A stretch of 64,000 nucleotides of DNA from Oscillospiraceae bacterium (GTDB taxonomy: Bacteria > Bacillota > Clostridia > Oscillospirales > Oscillospiraceae). Location: positions 5,251-69,250 of the forward strand of contig JAFTIZ010000016.1 in the NCBI GenBank assembly GCA_017456645.1, given 5' to 3'. Position numbers and translations under genes: made by a program. The notes below the pieces were generated by a model. That model worked only from the letters and a program-made list of their open reading frames with translations. It was not told the origin of the DNA and did not search any database. Shown one piece after another: positions 18,370-29,105 of this stretch (positions are counted from its first letter, which is position 1; each line of letters begins with the position of its first letter).

Positions 18370-20655
18370 ATGCTTCATTTTGAAACGAGGGATGGGTCTT
18401 CTCCCAACGAAAAATCCTGGGTCTTTCTGTGCGCATTGCCGGAGGGAGCACCGGCACAGCTGGCAGCGATCCGGGAAGATATTTTCCAGTTTTGTAACTG
18501 CGCCATCTGGTATGACGACGGTGTGGATACACCCCCGGATGAGCTGGAAAATGCCATTGCCCAATCGGCTATGGCGGTGCTGCCGGTGACCGGGTCGCTG
18601 CTGGAGGCGGAGTCTGTCATCCAGATGCAGATCCTCCCGCTGCTGCAGAGCCATCGTGTCAGCATATTGCCCGTGCTGGATGATCCCAATCTGCTGGATA
18701 TGTTTAATCTCCGCTTTCGGAATATTCAGGTTCTGGACAAGCACAATACAGACAAAACCGCCATTCCCTACGAGGAAAAGCTGAAGCGCTTTCTGGACAC
18801 GATGCTGCTGGGGGATGCCATGGCTGACCGGGTCCGTGGGACTTTTCGTGGACAACTGTTCCTGAGCTACCGAAAGAAGGATCGGGCGCTGGCGCTGGAT
18901 ATGATGAAGCAGATCCGCAAGCACCCCCGGTGCCGCGCCATCAAGCTTTGGTATGATGAGTTTTTGACCCCCGGCGAGGAGTTTAACGGGAATATTTTCA
19001 ATGCCATCCGGGAAAGCGACCTGTTTTTGTTGGCGCTGACCCAGAATATGGTGAAGGAAGACAATTATGTCATCCGGGATGAATATCCCCGGGCGCAAAG
19101 GGAGGAGAAGGAGATCCTGCCGGTGGTGCTGGAGCAGGTAGACAATGGGCTGGTTCAGGATCGGTTCCCTTGCATCCCTCCGCTGATGGACAGCGCGCAA
19201 GCCGCAGAGAAATTGGCACAGCGTATGGGCGAGGGGGCGGAAAATACCCCCGAGCAGGATTATCTGCTGGGTCTTGCCTATCTTCACGGCTTGTATGTGG
19301 AACGCCAGACCAGGCTGGGTCTGGAACAGCTGGAGAAGAGCGCCCAGCGGGGATATGCACCTGCTGCGCTGCAGCTGGCAAATATTCAGATATTGGAAGA
19401 TGATGCCCAGGTGCAGCGACAGCACAAGCTCTGTTGGCTGCGGAAGTATGCAGAGCTTTCTGCGAAGGAGTATCAGCAAAATCCCAATGCCGAAACAGCC
19501 CAGCAGTATGCCGATGCGCTGGATCGGGCTGCGGAGGCGGAATTTGAACAGCGTCCCGAAGCGGCTTTTTACCTTTATGAACAGGCGGTTCGGGTGCTGG
19601 AACACCACGGCTGTCTGGCACAAAGCGCCCAAGTCTGCTCCAATTACGGCCTGAAGCTGGTGGATGCAGGAAAAAATCAGGACGGCTTGCAAATGCTTAC
19701 CAAAGCCCTCCGTCAGTATTCACAGCAGTATAAGGCAGACCCGGAATGGGCGAAGACCCACACAGCCCAGTTCAGCTACTGCTATTATAATGTCGGCAAT
19801 GCGGCTGTTCAGGCAGGGGAGCTGAAGCTGGCGAAGCTGATGTATACCTCTGCCATCAACAATTTCTCCATTCTGGCACGGGAAAAACCGGAGGAATATA
19901 CTCTGGTACTGGCTCAGGCCTACGGCAATCTGGGCAATGTTTATCGCCGGATGTGGCGGGCAAGCGCAGATCCGGAGGAATGCACCCAAGCAGAAGCCCA
20001 CCACGGCAAAGCCATTGAGATCCTCAATGAGGTTATCGAATGGGATCCGAGGGTCTATGAACCTGCCTTTGCGCTGGAGCTGGTGTCTTTGGCGGCTGTT
20101 TATCTGCAAAACCCGGATTCGGATCGGGGCAGAACCAAAATACTGCTGGATCATGCCATCAAGATCCTACAGGCCTATGAGCAGATGTATCCCGGTCAGC
20201 ATCTGTATCAGCTGGCGAATGCGCAGGGAAATCGGGCGGTTTTGTTCCTGGCAGAGGGCGATCCCGAAAGCGCCCGCAAAGACTTTGACAGCATCATTAC
20301 CATCTTCCGGATGCTGCCCCACAGACAGCTGGAGCTTGCCAGAGCAATGTGGAATATGGCAAACACCTATGCGATGGAAAAGAAGTATGTTCAGGCTCGG
20401 CAGTATTATGAAGAGGCTGCGGCTATCTACGAAAGCGGTGCGGTGCAGGGGTCGGAGCGGAATCCGGATTACGCCCAATGCTGTTACAATTTAGCCTATT
20501 GTCTTTGTAACAGCCGCAATTATCCGGAGTCTTTGACTTGGGCTGATCGGGCTGCTGCGGTCTACCGCAGCCTGCAGGGCGGTGCCGGGGAAGTCTATGC
20601 TTCCCGGATCCGGGAGCTGCAGCGTTTGGCCGAATGGCTGAAAAGCGTGATTTGA
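18370..20655 (+). CDS. TIR-domain protein with Sel1/TPR repeats
   Basis: LFLSYRKKD...LWYDEFLTPGEEF..I..AIRESDLFL..YVIRDEYPRA (TIR), Sel1-like YLLGLAYLHG..G, then TPR repeats. Confidence 0.85.
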   Translation: MLHFETRDGSSPNEKSWVFLCALPEGAPAQLAAIREDIFQFCNCAIWYDDGVDTPPDELENAIAQSAMAVLPVTGSLLEAESVIQMQILPLLQSHRVSILPVLDDPNLLDMFNLRFRNIQVLDKHNTDKTAIPYEEKLKRFLDTMLLGDAMADRVRGTFRGQLFLSYRKKDRALALDMMKQIRKHPRCRAIKLWYDEFLTPGEEFNGNIFNAIRESDLFLLALTQNMVKEDNYVIRDEYPRAQREEKEILPVVLEQVDNGLVQDRFPCIPPLMDSAQAAEKLAQRMGEGAENTPEQDYLLGLAYLHGLYVERQTRLGLEQLEKSAQRGYAPAALQLANIQILEDDAQVQRQHKLCWLRKYAELSAKEYQQNPNAETAQQYADALDRAAEAEFEQRPEAAFYLYEQAVRVLEHHGCLAQSAQVCSNYGLKLVDAGKNQDGLQMLTKALRQYSQQYKADPEWAKTHTAQFSYCYYNVGNAAVQAGELKLAKLMYTSAINNFSILAREKPEEYTLVLAQAYGNLGNVYRRMWRASADPEECTQAEAHHGKAIEILNEVIEWDPRVYEPAFALELVSLAAVYLQNPDSDRGRTKILLDHAIKILQAYEQMYPGQHLYQLANAQGNRAVLFLAEGDPESARKDFDSIITIFRMLPHRQLELARAMWNMANTYAMEKKYVQARQYYEEAAAIYESGAVQGSERNPDYAQCCYNLAYCLCNSRNYPESLTWADRAAAVYRSLQGGAGEVYASRIRELQRLAEWLKSVI

Positions 20656-20662
20656 GCATAGC

Positions 20663-20696
20663 AAACCCGAGGCAGGATGCATCCCGCCTCGGGTTT
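20663..20696 (+). terminator. Intrinsic terminator-like hairpin
   Basis: AAACCCGAGGCAGGATG-CATCCCGCCTCGGGTTT. Confidence 0.65.
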
Positions 20697-20803
20697 GTAA
20701 TTTCGTCAGCCGGCATGAAATAGAGTGGTTTGCATTCTCGCTGATTTTTTCTTGCATTTTTACACAATTATGCTATGATAAAAGAAAAAAGGAGGCCTTC
20801 ACC

Positions 20804-22051
20804 ATGGCAAAAGAACAACTTTCCGCTGCTCTTTCCGCCCGTATGGAGCAGGAAAAATCAAACCGTGCTTATTTCGACCGCTCTTTCCCCGACAACATGG
20901 CGATTCGCCGCTTTCACAGCGACAAGGCCGCTCCGGTCTGGCGTCCCAATTTCGCCAAGGATATCGACCGCATCCTGTACAGCCCCTATTACAACCGCTA
21001 TACCGACAAAACGCAGGTCTTCTCCCTGATCAAAAACGACGATATCACCCGCCGCAGCCTGCATGTGCAGCTGGTCAGCCGCATCGCCCGAACCATTGGC
21101 CGGGCGCTGAACCTGAACCTGGATCTGATCGAGGCCATCGCGCTGGGTCATGACATCGGGCACACCCCCTTTGCCCATTGCGGCGAGGTGTTTCTCAACA
21201 GCCTGTACAACAAGCACACCGGCCGGTATTTCAACCACAATATCCACTCCGCACGGGTGCTGGACAAGATCTTCCCTCTGAACCTGACCCTGCAGACCCT
21301 GTCGGGCATCGCCGGCCACAATGGTGAGATCGAGCTGAGCGAGTACTGGCCGGTGCCCATGGACAGCTTTGAGCAGTTCGAGGCCGAGCTGGAAAAATGC
21401 TACACCATCCCCGGCTACGCCAACAAGATCCAGCCTTCTACCCTTGAGGGCAACGTGGTGCGCATTTCCGACATCATTGCCTACCTCGGCAAGGATCGGC
21501 AGGATGCCACCAGCATCCAGATGATCGAGGATAGTGCGTTCCCCTCCACCTCTGTCATCGGCTCCATCAATTCCGAGATCATCAACAATCTGGTGGTCAA
21601 CATCATCGAAAACAGCTACGGCCAGCCCTATATTATGCTGGACGAGGAGCATTTCAAGGCGGTTCAGTCCTACAAGCGGGAGAATTACGCCGTCATCTAC
21701 GCCAATGAGCCGGGCAGAGCCATCCTCAAGCGGGTGGTGGAGCCTATGATGCAGGAGATCTACGAGCAGCTTCTGGAGGATCTGCAGCTGGGCAAGCAGG
21801 ATTCTCCCGTATTCCGGCATCATATTGATTATGTAAACCAGACCCGCTATCCCCGGGATACCGTTTACGAAAAGACCGAGCCCAACCAGATCATCGTGGA
21901 CTACATTGCCAGCATGACCGACGATTACCTCATCGATCTGCACCGCTATCTGTTCCCGGACAGTAACTACTATGTGGAGTACACCGGTTACTTCAATGAT
22001 CTGTACGCCCTGCGCGCCCGCCTGGACGGCCAGCTGGGCATGGAAGATTAA
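20804..22051 (+). CDS. dGTP triphosphohydrolase-like HD-domain protein
   Basis: DIDRILYS, DKTQVF, RSLHVQLV, GHDIGHTPFAH, SDIIAY, DYIASMTDDY. Confidence 0.9.
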   Translation: MAKEQLSAALSARMEQEKSNRAYFDRSFPDNMAIRRFHSDKAAPVWRPNFAKDIDRILYSPYYNRYTDKTQVFSLIKNDDITRRSLHVQLVSRIARTIGRALNLNLDLIEAIALGHDIGHTPFAHCGEVFLNSLYNKHTGRYFNHNIHSARVLDKIFPLNLTLQTLSGIAGHNGEIELSEYWPVPMDSFEQFEAELEKCYTIPGYANKIQPSTLEGNVVRISDIIAYLGKDRQDATSIQMIEDSAFPSTSVIGSINSEIINNLVVNIIENSYGQPYIMLDEEHFKAVQSYKRENYAVIYANEPGRAILKRVVEPMMQEIYEQLLEDLQLGKQDSPVFRHHIDYVNQTRYPRDTVYEKTEPNQIIVDYIASMTDDYLIDLHRYLFPDSNYYVEYTGYFNDLYALRARLDGQLGMED

Positions 22052-22089
22052 AAAACGATCCCTCCGGCGAAGGCCGGAGGGATCTTGCG

Positions 22090-22881
22090 TTATTTGTCCA
22101 GATGTACATTCAGATGGGGGTAGGACATTTCGATGCCGTGCTCCTCAAATACATATCGAACCTTTTCGTTCATGGCGTAATAAACCTTCCAGTAATCGCC
22201 GGTGGCTGCCCAGACACGCATCACATATTCGATATCGCTTTCGTTATAGGCATTGACAGCCACGAAGGGCGCGGGATCAGCCAGAACACCTTCGACCTTG
22301 GCGGCCTCCAGCAGAGCCTTGAAAACGGTCTGCGTGGGTGCGTCATAAGAGGCGGATACTTTCAGCTCCACGCGGCGAGAGCCGGTGTCAGAATAGTTGA
22401 CGATGTTGGCGGAGGTGACGGCGCTGTTGGGGATAAAGATCAGCTTATTGTCGCCGGTGACCAGTTTGGTGTAGGTCATGCCGATTTCCTGAACGGTGCC
22501 GGCTTCGTCGGCGATCTCGACGTAATCACCGGAACCGAAGGGGTTGGTATACAGCAGGATGAAGCCGCCGATCACATTGGTCAGCAGGTTCTGCACGGAC
22601 AGGGTCACCACCACGGTGATCACACTGGCCAGAGCCACCACACCGGTGATGTCGATACCCAGCACCGAAGCGGCGATCAAGCCCACCGCCAGATACAGCA
22701 CGGCTCGAACCAGCGATTTGATCAGGCTGTGAGCAGCCTTCTCCAGCTTGGATTTTTCCAGAGCCTTGGAAACGAGCTTAACAATGAACCGGGTGATGAA
22801 AACGCCCACAAGGACGATCAGCGAAAAGGGGAGAACACGATAGATCAGCACATCCAGAATACCGTCGAGCCATAATTGCAT
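22090..22881 (-). CDS. Small-conductance mechanosensitive channel (MscS family)
   Basis: 3 TM, NVIGG..L...PFGSGDYVEI, IPNS..NYS, YPHL. Confidence 0.9.
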   Translation of the reverse strand: MQLWLDGILDVLIYRVLPFSLIVLVGVFITRFIVKLVSKALEKSKLEKAAHSLIKSLVRAVLYLAVGLIAASVLGIDITGVVALASVITVVVTLSVQNLLTNVIGGFILLYTNPFGSGDYVEIADEAGTVQEIGMTYTKLVTGDNKLIFIPNSAVTSANIVNYSDTGSRRVELKVSASYDAPTQTVFKALLEAAKVEGVLADPAPFVAVNAYNESDIEYVMRVWAATGDYWKVYYAMNEKVRYVFEEHGIEMSYPHLNVHLDK

Positions 22882-23015
22882 GGGTGATTACTCCTTTGCT
22901 TAAGAAATTATGCCATGATTATAGCACAAATTATGGGTTTTACAAGTGCGTGGTTTACAATTTGACAAAAACGTGATATGATACAAGGTAACAAAATCAT
23001 GGAGTTGATTCCGTT

Positions 23016-24170
23016 TTGAATTTTGACAGTACTTACGTAAAGATCGATCTGGATACCATCGCCGCCAATTTCGACGCGGTCTGCCAAAAGGCCGGCGTGC
23101 CGGTGATGGCGGTGGTCAAGGCCGATGCTTATGGTCACGGCGCTGTTCAGGTGGCACGGCTCTTGCAGGAAAAATGCGCCTTTTTCGGCGTGTCGTCCAT
23201 GCTGGAGGCGCTGGAGCTGCGGCAGGCGGGGCTCACCGCACCGATCCTGATTCTGGGTCGGATGCCGGTGTCCGCGCTGCCCCATGCGGTGCGGGAGAAC
23301 GTTCGCCCCACCATTTTCCATTACGAGGACGCGGTAGCGCTGTCTGAGGAAGCGTTGCGTCAGGACAAGATTGCGCCCTTCCATTTTGCTGTGGATACGG
23401 GCATGAGCCGCATCGGCGTCCAGCCCACGGAGGAGGCGGCAGAGCTTTGCGCCGCCATGGCCAAGCTGCCCGGCATCACCATCGAGGGCGTTTTCAGTCA
23501 TTTCGCCACAGCCGATTGTGCCGACCTGACCGCTGCCCGGGCACAGGCGGAGAGATTTAATGCCTTCTGCGCCATGCTGAAGGCGCGAGGCGTTGAGGTG
23601 CCCATCCGCCATCTGGATAATTCCGCCGGTCTGATGAATTTCCCCGATCACTATGAGCTGGTGCGTTCCGGTATCGTGACCTACGGCATGTACCCCAGCG
23701 CGGAGGTGGCGCCGGAAAAGCTGCCCCTGCGTCCGGCGCTGACGTGGCTGAGCCGTGTGACCCATGTGAAGCCCCTGCCTGCCGGCCGCCCCATCAGCTA
23801 TGGCGGCACCTTCGTCACCAGCCGTCCCACGGTGGTGGCTACGGTTCCCGTTGGCTATGCCGACGGCTATCGCCGGAGTCTGTCCGGAAAGTTTTATGTC
23901 CTGATTCGCGGTAAAAAAGCCCCGATTCTGGGCAGAATCTGTATGGATCAGATGATGGTGGACGTGACGGATATCCCCGGCGTTGCGCTGGATGACACTG
24001 TGACGCTGGTGGGTCGCGATGGCGACGAAACCATCACCATGGAGGCCATCGCCGCCGCGGCGGACAGCTTTAACTATGAATTTGTCTGCGGTATCAGCCG
24101 CAGAGTGCCCCGAATTTATTGCCGGGGCGGCAGGGAAGTACGCTCTGTTCATTACCTGCTGGATACCTGA
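23016..24170 (+). CDS. alr: Alanine racemase
   Basis: AVVKADAYGHG, VDTGMSRIG, SHFA, GYADG, GRICMDQ. Confidence 0.97.
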   Translation: MNFDSTYVKIDLDTIAANFDAVCQKAGVPVMAVVKADAYGHGAVQVARLLQEKCAFFGVSSMLEALELRQAGLTAPILILGRMPVSALPHAVRENVRPTIFHYEDAVALSEEALRQDKIAPFHFAVDTGMSRIGVQPTEEAAELCAAMAKLPGITIEGVFSHFATADCADLTAARAQAERFNAFCAMLKARGVEVPIRHLDNSAGLMNFPDHYELVRSGIVTYGMYPSAEVAPEKLPLRPALTWLSRVTHVKPLPAGRPISYGGTFVTSRPTVVATVPVGYADGYRRSLSGKFYVLIRGKKAPILGRICMDQMMVDVTDIPGVALDDTVTLVGRDGDETITMEAIAAAADSFNYEFVCGISRRVPRIYCRGGREVRSVHYLLDT

Positions 24171-24189
24171 TATGCAAGGAGAGATAGAT

Positions 24190-25605
24190 ATGAGCGAAAA
24201 TACCGAGCGGAATTATCCGCCCCGCCGGCGCAAAAAGCGCCAGCCCAATTACCTGCCTTTGATCGTCATTCTGGTGGCGGTGCTGATTGCGGCGGTGTTC
24301 ATCGCGGTGCTGCTGCATACGGGCGGCGGCGACCCCAATGCGACCACCGCGCCCCAGACCCAATCCACCCAGCCTAGTACGGAGGCTACCGAACCGACCA
24401 CCGAGCCCACCACTGAGCCGACGATCCCGCCGGTTACCATTACCGGCACGGCAACCATCGGCGCAACCGGCGATATGCTGATGCATATGCCCTGCATCGA
24501 GCCTGCTCTGCAGAGCGACGGCAGCTACGATTTCGGCACCTATTTTGCCAATTTCTCCGGCTATGTGCAGGCGGTGGACTATGCCGTGGCCAATCTGGAG
24601 ACCACTTTGGCCGGCAGCGATTACCGGCACGGCAGCGGCAAGATCGGCTACAGCGGTTATCCTCAGTTCAACTGCCCGGATGATATCGTGCCCAGTCTGA
24701 GAAGCGCGGGTTTTGATATGCTGCTGACGGCTAATAATCATACCTATGACACGCTGACCACCGGCTTCTTCCGCACTCAGGAGATCATCGCTCAGTACGG
24801 TCTGGATCACATCGGCACCAAGCCTGACGCAGAGACCGACAGCTATCTGATCAAAAACATCAACGGCATTTCCGTTGGCATGATCAACTATACCTACGAG
24901 ACCAATTCCGACCCGGACAAGGTCGACCTCAACGGCGGCGCGGATCTGAAGGAGAATGAAAAGAACCTGATCAACGTATTCCTGAAGGATGACGTGGCGG
25001 GCTTCTCCAAGGATCTGGAGGAGAATATCGCCGATATGAAGGCAGACGGCGCCGAGGCCATTGTGCTGTATATCCACTGGGGCGAAGAGTATCAGGTAAA
25101 AGAAAACTCTCAGCAGAGAGCCATGGCGCAGGCGGCCTGCGATCTGGGTGTGGATGTGATCGTGGGCGGTCACCCCCACGTGATCCAGCCCATGGATCTG
25201 CTGACCAGCACCACCGATGACAGCCACAAGACCGTGTGCCTGTATTCCACCGGCAACGCCCTGTCCAACCAGCGCATTGAGCATATGAACCTGAAGACCG
25301 GCCATACCGAGGACGGCATCTTCTTCAGCTTCACCTTCGTCAAGTATTCTGATGGTACTGTCCGTGTGGAAAATGTGGAGGTTCTGCCTCTGTGGATCAA
25401 TCTGTACAAAAGCTCCGCCACTGGCGAGAAGGTCTACGACATCCTGCCTTTGGACAAGGCGGTTACGGATTGGAAGACGGAATTTGCCCTGACGGACAGC
25501 ACCCTTTCTCAGGCGGAGAAGTCCTATGATCGCACCATGAAAATCGTGGGCACGGGTCTTGCGAAGATCGAGGAGTATCTTTCCGGTCTGCCGGTAATCG
25601 AATAA
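24190..25605 (+). CDS. CapA family (PGA_cap) metallophosphatase-like membrane protein
   Basis: TM plus Thr/Glu/Pro linker; ATGDML.H, ANLET, ANNH, IHWGEEY, GGHPHV, YSTGN. Confidence 0.92.
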   Translation: MSENTERNYPPRRRKKRQPNYLPLIVILVAVLIAAVFIAVLLHTGGGDPNATTAPQTQSTQPSTEATEPTTEPTTEPTIPPVTITGTATIGATGDMLMHMPCIEPALQSDGSYDFGTYFANFSGYVQAVDYAVANLETTLAGSDYRHGSGKIGYSGYPQFNCPDDIVPSLRSAGFDMLLTANNHTYDTLTTGFFRTQEIIAQYGLDHIGTKPDAETDSYLIKNINGISVGMINYTYETNSDPDKVDLNGGADLKENEKNLINVFLKDDVAGFSKDLEENIADMKADGAEAIVLYIHWGEEYQVKENSQQRAMAQAACDLGVDVIVGGHPHVIQPMDLLTSTTDDSHKTVCLYSTGNALSNQRIEHMNLKTGHTEDGIFFSFTFVKYSDGTVRVENVEVLPLWINLYKSSATGEKVYDILPLDKAVTDWKTEFALTDSTLSQAEKSYDRTMKIVGTGLAKIEEYLSGLPVIE

Positions 25606-25718
25606 GCTCAGCGGAGCTGCCGTCGGCAGCTCCGTTTTTTGAATTGGAAAATGTTTACGTTTCATTCACTTGTCAATTCCGGCGATCATGGTATAATAAA
25701 AGCTGGAGATGAGTGCGC

Positions 25719-26615
25719 ATGAAAAAACTGCTGTTTATTATGAACCCCTTCGCAGGGCAGCGGCGGGCAAACCGCTTCCTTGCGGATATTCTGACCGTAT
25801 TCAACCGAGCGGACTATGACGTGACCGTATATATGACCGCCGGCCCCGGTGACGGCGCTCGTGCCGTGGAGGAACGCTCCGCACAGATGGATCTGATCGT
25901 CTGCTGCGGCGGCGACGGTACTTTTAACGAGACCGTGACCGGCATGATCCGTGCCGGTGCGGATGTGCCGCTGGGCTATATTCCTGCCGGCTCTACCAAT
26001 GATTTTGCCGCCAGCCTGCGCCTGCCCACCAATCCCGTGAAGGCTGCTCAGGCCATTGTGGAGGGTAAGCCCCGCCGCTATGACGTGGGTCGCTTCGGTG
26101 GCCGTTATTTTACCTATGTGGCCTCCTTCGGTGCGTTCACCCGTGTCAGCTATGCCACGCCCCAGAGCGTGAAAAACGCCTTGGGTCATACAGCCTATCT
26201 GCTGGAGGGCATTCAGGAGCTGTCCCAGCTGAAGAATCTCCATGTCCGGCTGGAGCTGGACGAGGGCAGGGTAGTGGAGGATGATTTCCTCTTCGGCGCC
26301 ATCAGCAACTCCACCTCCGTGGGCGGCATCCTGACGCTGGATCCCAAGCAGGTGGACATGAGCGACGGCAAGTTCGAGCTGCTGCTGGTTCGCGCGCCGC
26401 AGGATCTGTCCGAGGTGTCCGAATGTCTGCGGGCCTTGCAGACTCAGAAGTATAACTGCCGCATGATCACCTTCCTGTCCGCATCACACGTCCGTGTCAC
26501 CGCGGAGGCGGATATGGTCTGGACGCTGGACGGCGAACGGGAGGAAGGCAGCGCTGTGGTAGAGGCAGATATCCTGCACCACAGAATCCAATTACTGCAG
26601 AGGGAAGAAGCATGA
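25719..26615 (+). CDS. Diacylglycerol kinase family lipid kinase (YegS/DagK)
   Basis: NPFAG, CGGDGTFNE, IPAGSTNDFA, LDGE. Confidence 0.93.
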   Translation: MKKLLFIMNPFAGQRRANRFLADILTVFNRADYDVTVYMTAGPGDGARAVEERSAQMDLIVCCGGDGTFNETVTGMIRAGADVPLGYIPAGSTNDFAASLRLPTNPVKAAQAIVEGKPRRYDVGRFGGRYFTYVASFGAFTRVSYATPQSVKNALGHTAYLLEGIQELSQLKNLHVRLELDEGRVVEDDFLFGAISNSTSVGGILTLDPKQVDMSDGKFELLLVRAPQDLSEVSECLRALQTQKYNCRMITFLSASHVRVTAEADMVWTLDGEREEGSAVVEADILHHRIQLLQREEA

Positions 26616-27079
26616 TCAATACCACACTTTGCTACGTTACCCGGGGCGACGAGGTGCTGATGCTCCATCGGGTGAAGAAGAAAAATGACATCAACAAGGA
26701 TAAATGGATCGGCATCGGCGGTAAATTCGAGGGCGAGGAAAGTCCGGACGAATGCCTGCTGCGGGAAGCCCGTGAGGAGACCGGTCTGACCTTGACTAAC
26801 TGGCGCTGCCGGGGCGTTGTGACTTTTCTGTGCGACGGCTGCGAGGGTGAATTTATGTACCTGTTCACCGCTGACGGCTTTGAAGGGCAGCTGAAAGAAT
26901 GCAATGAAGGCGACCTGCAATGGGTCAGCCGTGAGTTCCTGTACAGTCTGCCCATGTGGGAAGGGGATAAGATCTTCCTCGACCTGCTATGGGCGGATGC
27001 GCCCTTTTTCCTGCTGAAGCTCCATTATCAGGGCGGCAAACTGGTGCAAGCCGTTCTGGACGGCAAGCGAATCGTTTGA
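26612..27079 (+). CDS. NUDIX 8-oxo-dGTP diphosphatase (MutX-like)
   Basis: GGKFEGEESPDECLLREAREETGL Nudix box; MWEGD. Confidence 0.93.
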   Translation: MINTTLCYVTRGDEVLMLHRVKKKNDINKDKWIGIGGKFEGEESPDECLLREAREETGLTLTNWRCRGVVTFLCDGCEGEFMYLFTADGFEGQLKECNEGDLQWVSREFLYSLPMWEGDKIFLDLLWADAPFFLLKLHYQGGKLVQAVLDGKRIV

Positions 27080-27182
27080 CAGAAATGAGAAAGCAAGGTG
27101 GATCGGGTCGATTCGCCTTGCTTTTTGCGGTCTGCTGTGGTAAAATGAAAAAACTGAGATCTTTGCTGGAAGGAGGGCGAAT

Positions 27183-28865
27183 ATGAGAAAAATAGTGGCT
27201 TTCGTGGCGGTCGTGCTGTGCGTTTTCGGGCTGTGTATTCCCGTATTCGCCCGAAGCAGCGCCGAACAGCTGTGCTGTGAGGCAATGGTGGGGGAGGATG
27301 GCAGCTGCGCTGTGACACTCAGCGTTTCTGTGACCTTCGATGAGGCCGTGGCCGAGCCGAAATTTCCGATCCCTGCCGAAGCGACGGATGTGACCCTGAA
27401 CGGCAGCGCCGTGGGCGTCAGCCTCGGCAGCCGGGGAGGAACGGTGGATCTGCGGGGGGTTACCGGCGGTATGGCCGGCACCCATTCTTTTGTGATCACC
27501 TACCGACTTGTGGGTGCGGTGGTCGCCCAGCAGGACGGCTCTATGCTGCTGACGCTGCCCATTCTGTGCGGCTTTGATTATCCCGTGGACGATCTGGCTG
27601 TGACGGTGACCTTGCCCGGAGCGGTCACCGGTGAGCCTACCTTCGTCAGCGGCTATTATCAGGAGAATACCGCGGATCTGCTGGCGGTGTCCGTGTCCGG
27701 CTCTGCCATTGCCATTCGCTCCCGTCAGACTCTGCTGGATCATGAAACTTTGACCATGACGCTGCCTGCGGACGCGTCACTGTTCCCCAGCACCGCCGCA
27801 ACGGCACGGGTGCTGGGCTTGATGGATATTGCCATTCTGGTCAGCATTGTGCTGGCTGCTATCTATTATCTGCTGGCTATGCGGCCTGCGCTGCCGAAGA
27901 AAATCCTGCGTTCCACCGGCCCTGACAGTATCACCGCCGGTCAGGTGAGCGTGTGGCTTACCGGCGGCGGTACGGATCTGAGCCTACTGGTTGTGGCATG
28001 GGCGCAGCTGGGCTACCTGCGCATTCAGGTGGAGGATACCGGCCGTGTGCTGCTGCATAAGCGGATGGAAATGGGCAACGAGCGAAGCCTGTATGAAAAC
28101 CGGGTTTACAAAAACCTCTTCGGCCGCCGCCTTGTGGTGGACGGCACCGGCGATCATTATGCCCGACTGGTGCGCACTGTGGCCAAGCGGGGTCCTCAGG
28201 CTGGTGAGGTTTATCGCACCAACACCGGCAATCCCTATATTTTCCGTGGCCTGTGTGCGCTGCCGGCATTGCTCAGCGGTATCGGTATGGCCGGCGCCCT
28301 TGCGCCCCATTCGTTGTTCCTGCAGATTCTCATGGCTGTGATCGCCGCGGTCATGGCGGTGCTGATCCAATCCGGAGCTGCCAGCCTTGTGCTGCGCAAT
28401 AAGCTGCCGCTGTGGATCGCCGTTGGCTGCGCCGTGGTGTGGCTGGTTCTGGGCATCGTAGCCGGACAGTGGATCACCGCCGTTTTGATGATCGCGTTTC
28501 AGGTCTTGGCCGGCCTTGCGGCTGCCTATGGCGGCAAGCGGACGGAGCTGGGTCAGCAGGCGCTGGTGCAGCTGCTGGGTCTGCGCAAATTCCTTTGCTC
28601 CGCCTCCAAGACGGAGCTGCAGCGGCTACTGAAGGCCAATCCCGGCTACTTCTATGAGGTGGCGCCCTACGCCCTTGCGCTGGGGGTGGATCATGCCTTC
28701 GCCCGCCGGTTCGGCAAGCTGCGGATACCGGATTGCACCTACCTGATCACGCCTCACCGGAGCCAGATGACGGCTGCGGAATGGGCGGCTGCCCTGCGCG
28801 CGGCGGTGGATGCGCTGGATGCCAAAGCCCGCCGTCGGCACGTGGACAAGCTGACCGGAAGGTAA
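27183..28865 (+). CDS. DUF2207-like membrane protein
   Basis: Signal peptide, beta-rich N-terminus, several TM, C-terminal GLRKFL...PYALALGV. Confidence 0.75.
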   Translation: MRKIVAFVAVVLCVFGLCIPVFARSSAEQLCCEAMVGEDGSCAVTLSVSVTFDEAVAEPKFPIPAEATDVTLNGSAVGVSLGSRGGTVDLRGVTGGMAGTHSFVITYRLVGAVVAQQDGSMLLTLPILCGFDYPVDDLAVTVTLPGAVTGEPTFVSGYYQENTADLLAVSVSGSAIAIRSRQTLLDHETLTMTLPADASLFPSTAATARVLGLMDIAILVSIVLAAIYYLLAMRPALPKKILRSTGPDSITAGQVSVWLTGGGTDLSLLVVAWAQLGYLRIQVEDTGRVLLHKRMEMGNERSLYENRVYKNLFGRRLVVDGTGDHYARLVRTVAKRGPQAGEVYRTNTGNPYIFRGLCALPALLSGIGMAGALAPHSLFLQILMAVIAAVMAVLIQSGAASLVLRNKLPLWIAVGCAVVWLVLGIVAGQWITAVLMIAFQVLAGLAAAYGGKRTELGQQALVQLLGLRKFLCSASKTELQRLLKANPGYFYEVAPYALALGVDHAFARRFGKLRIPDCTYLITPHRSQMTAAEWAAALRAAVDALDAKARRRHVDKLTGR

Positions 28866-29105
28866 AAAGTTCAATTATAAGAGCCCATCCGGCCGGATGG
28901 GCTCTTTTTGCCCCCATTTTCTGCAAGATTTTGTGTATTTCTCCAGTGGACTCCATTCGGAAGTTCGTGTAATTTGTGAAAAATCACGGAAAGTTTTCCA
29001 ACTTTTTATATAAATTGCCGCTTTCCTAATCGGAAAAAATGTGGTATGTTATGCGTGGAGAATTATACCCTTTTTTCATCCCACCAAAGAAAGGAAATGA
29101 CGATT

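Noticed and set aside
20804-22051. dGTPase as an antiphage partner of the TIR protein
   Set aside because: Separated by a terminator, has its own promoter-like region and host-like codons; short dGTPase-like genes are common housekeeping genes in Firmicutes
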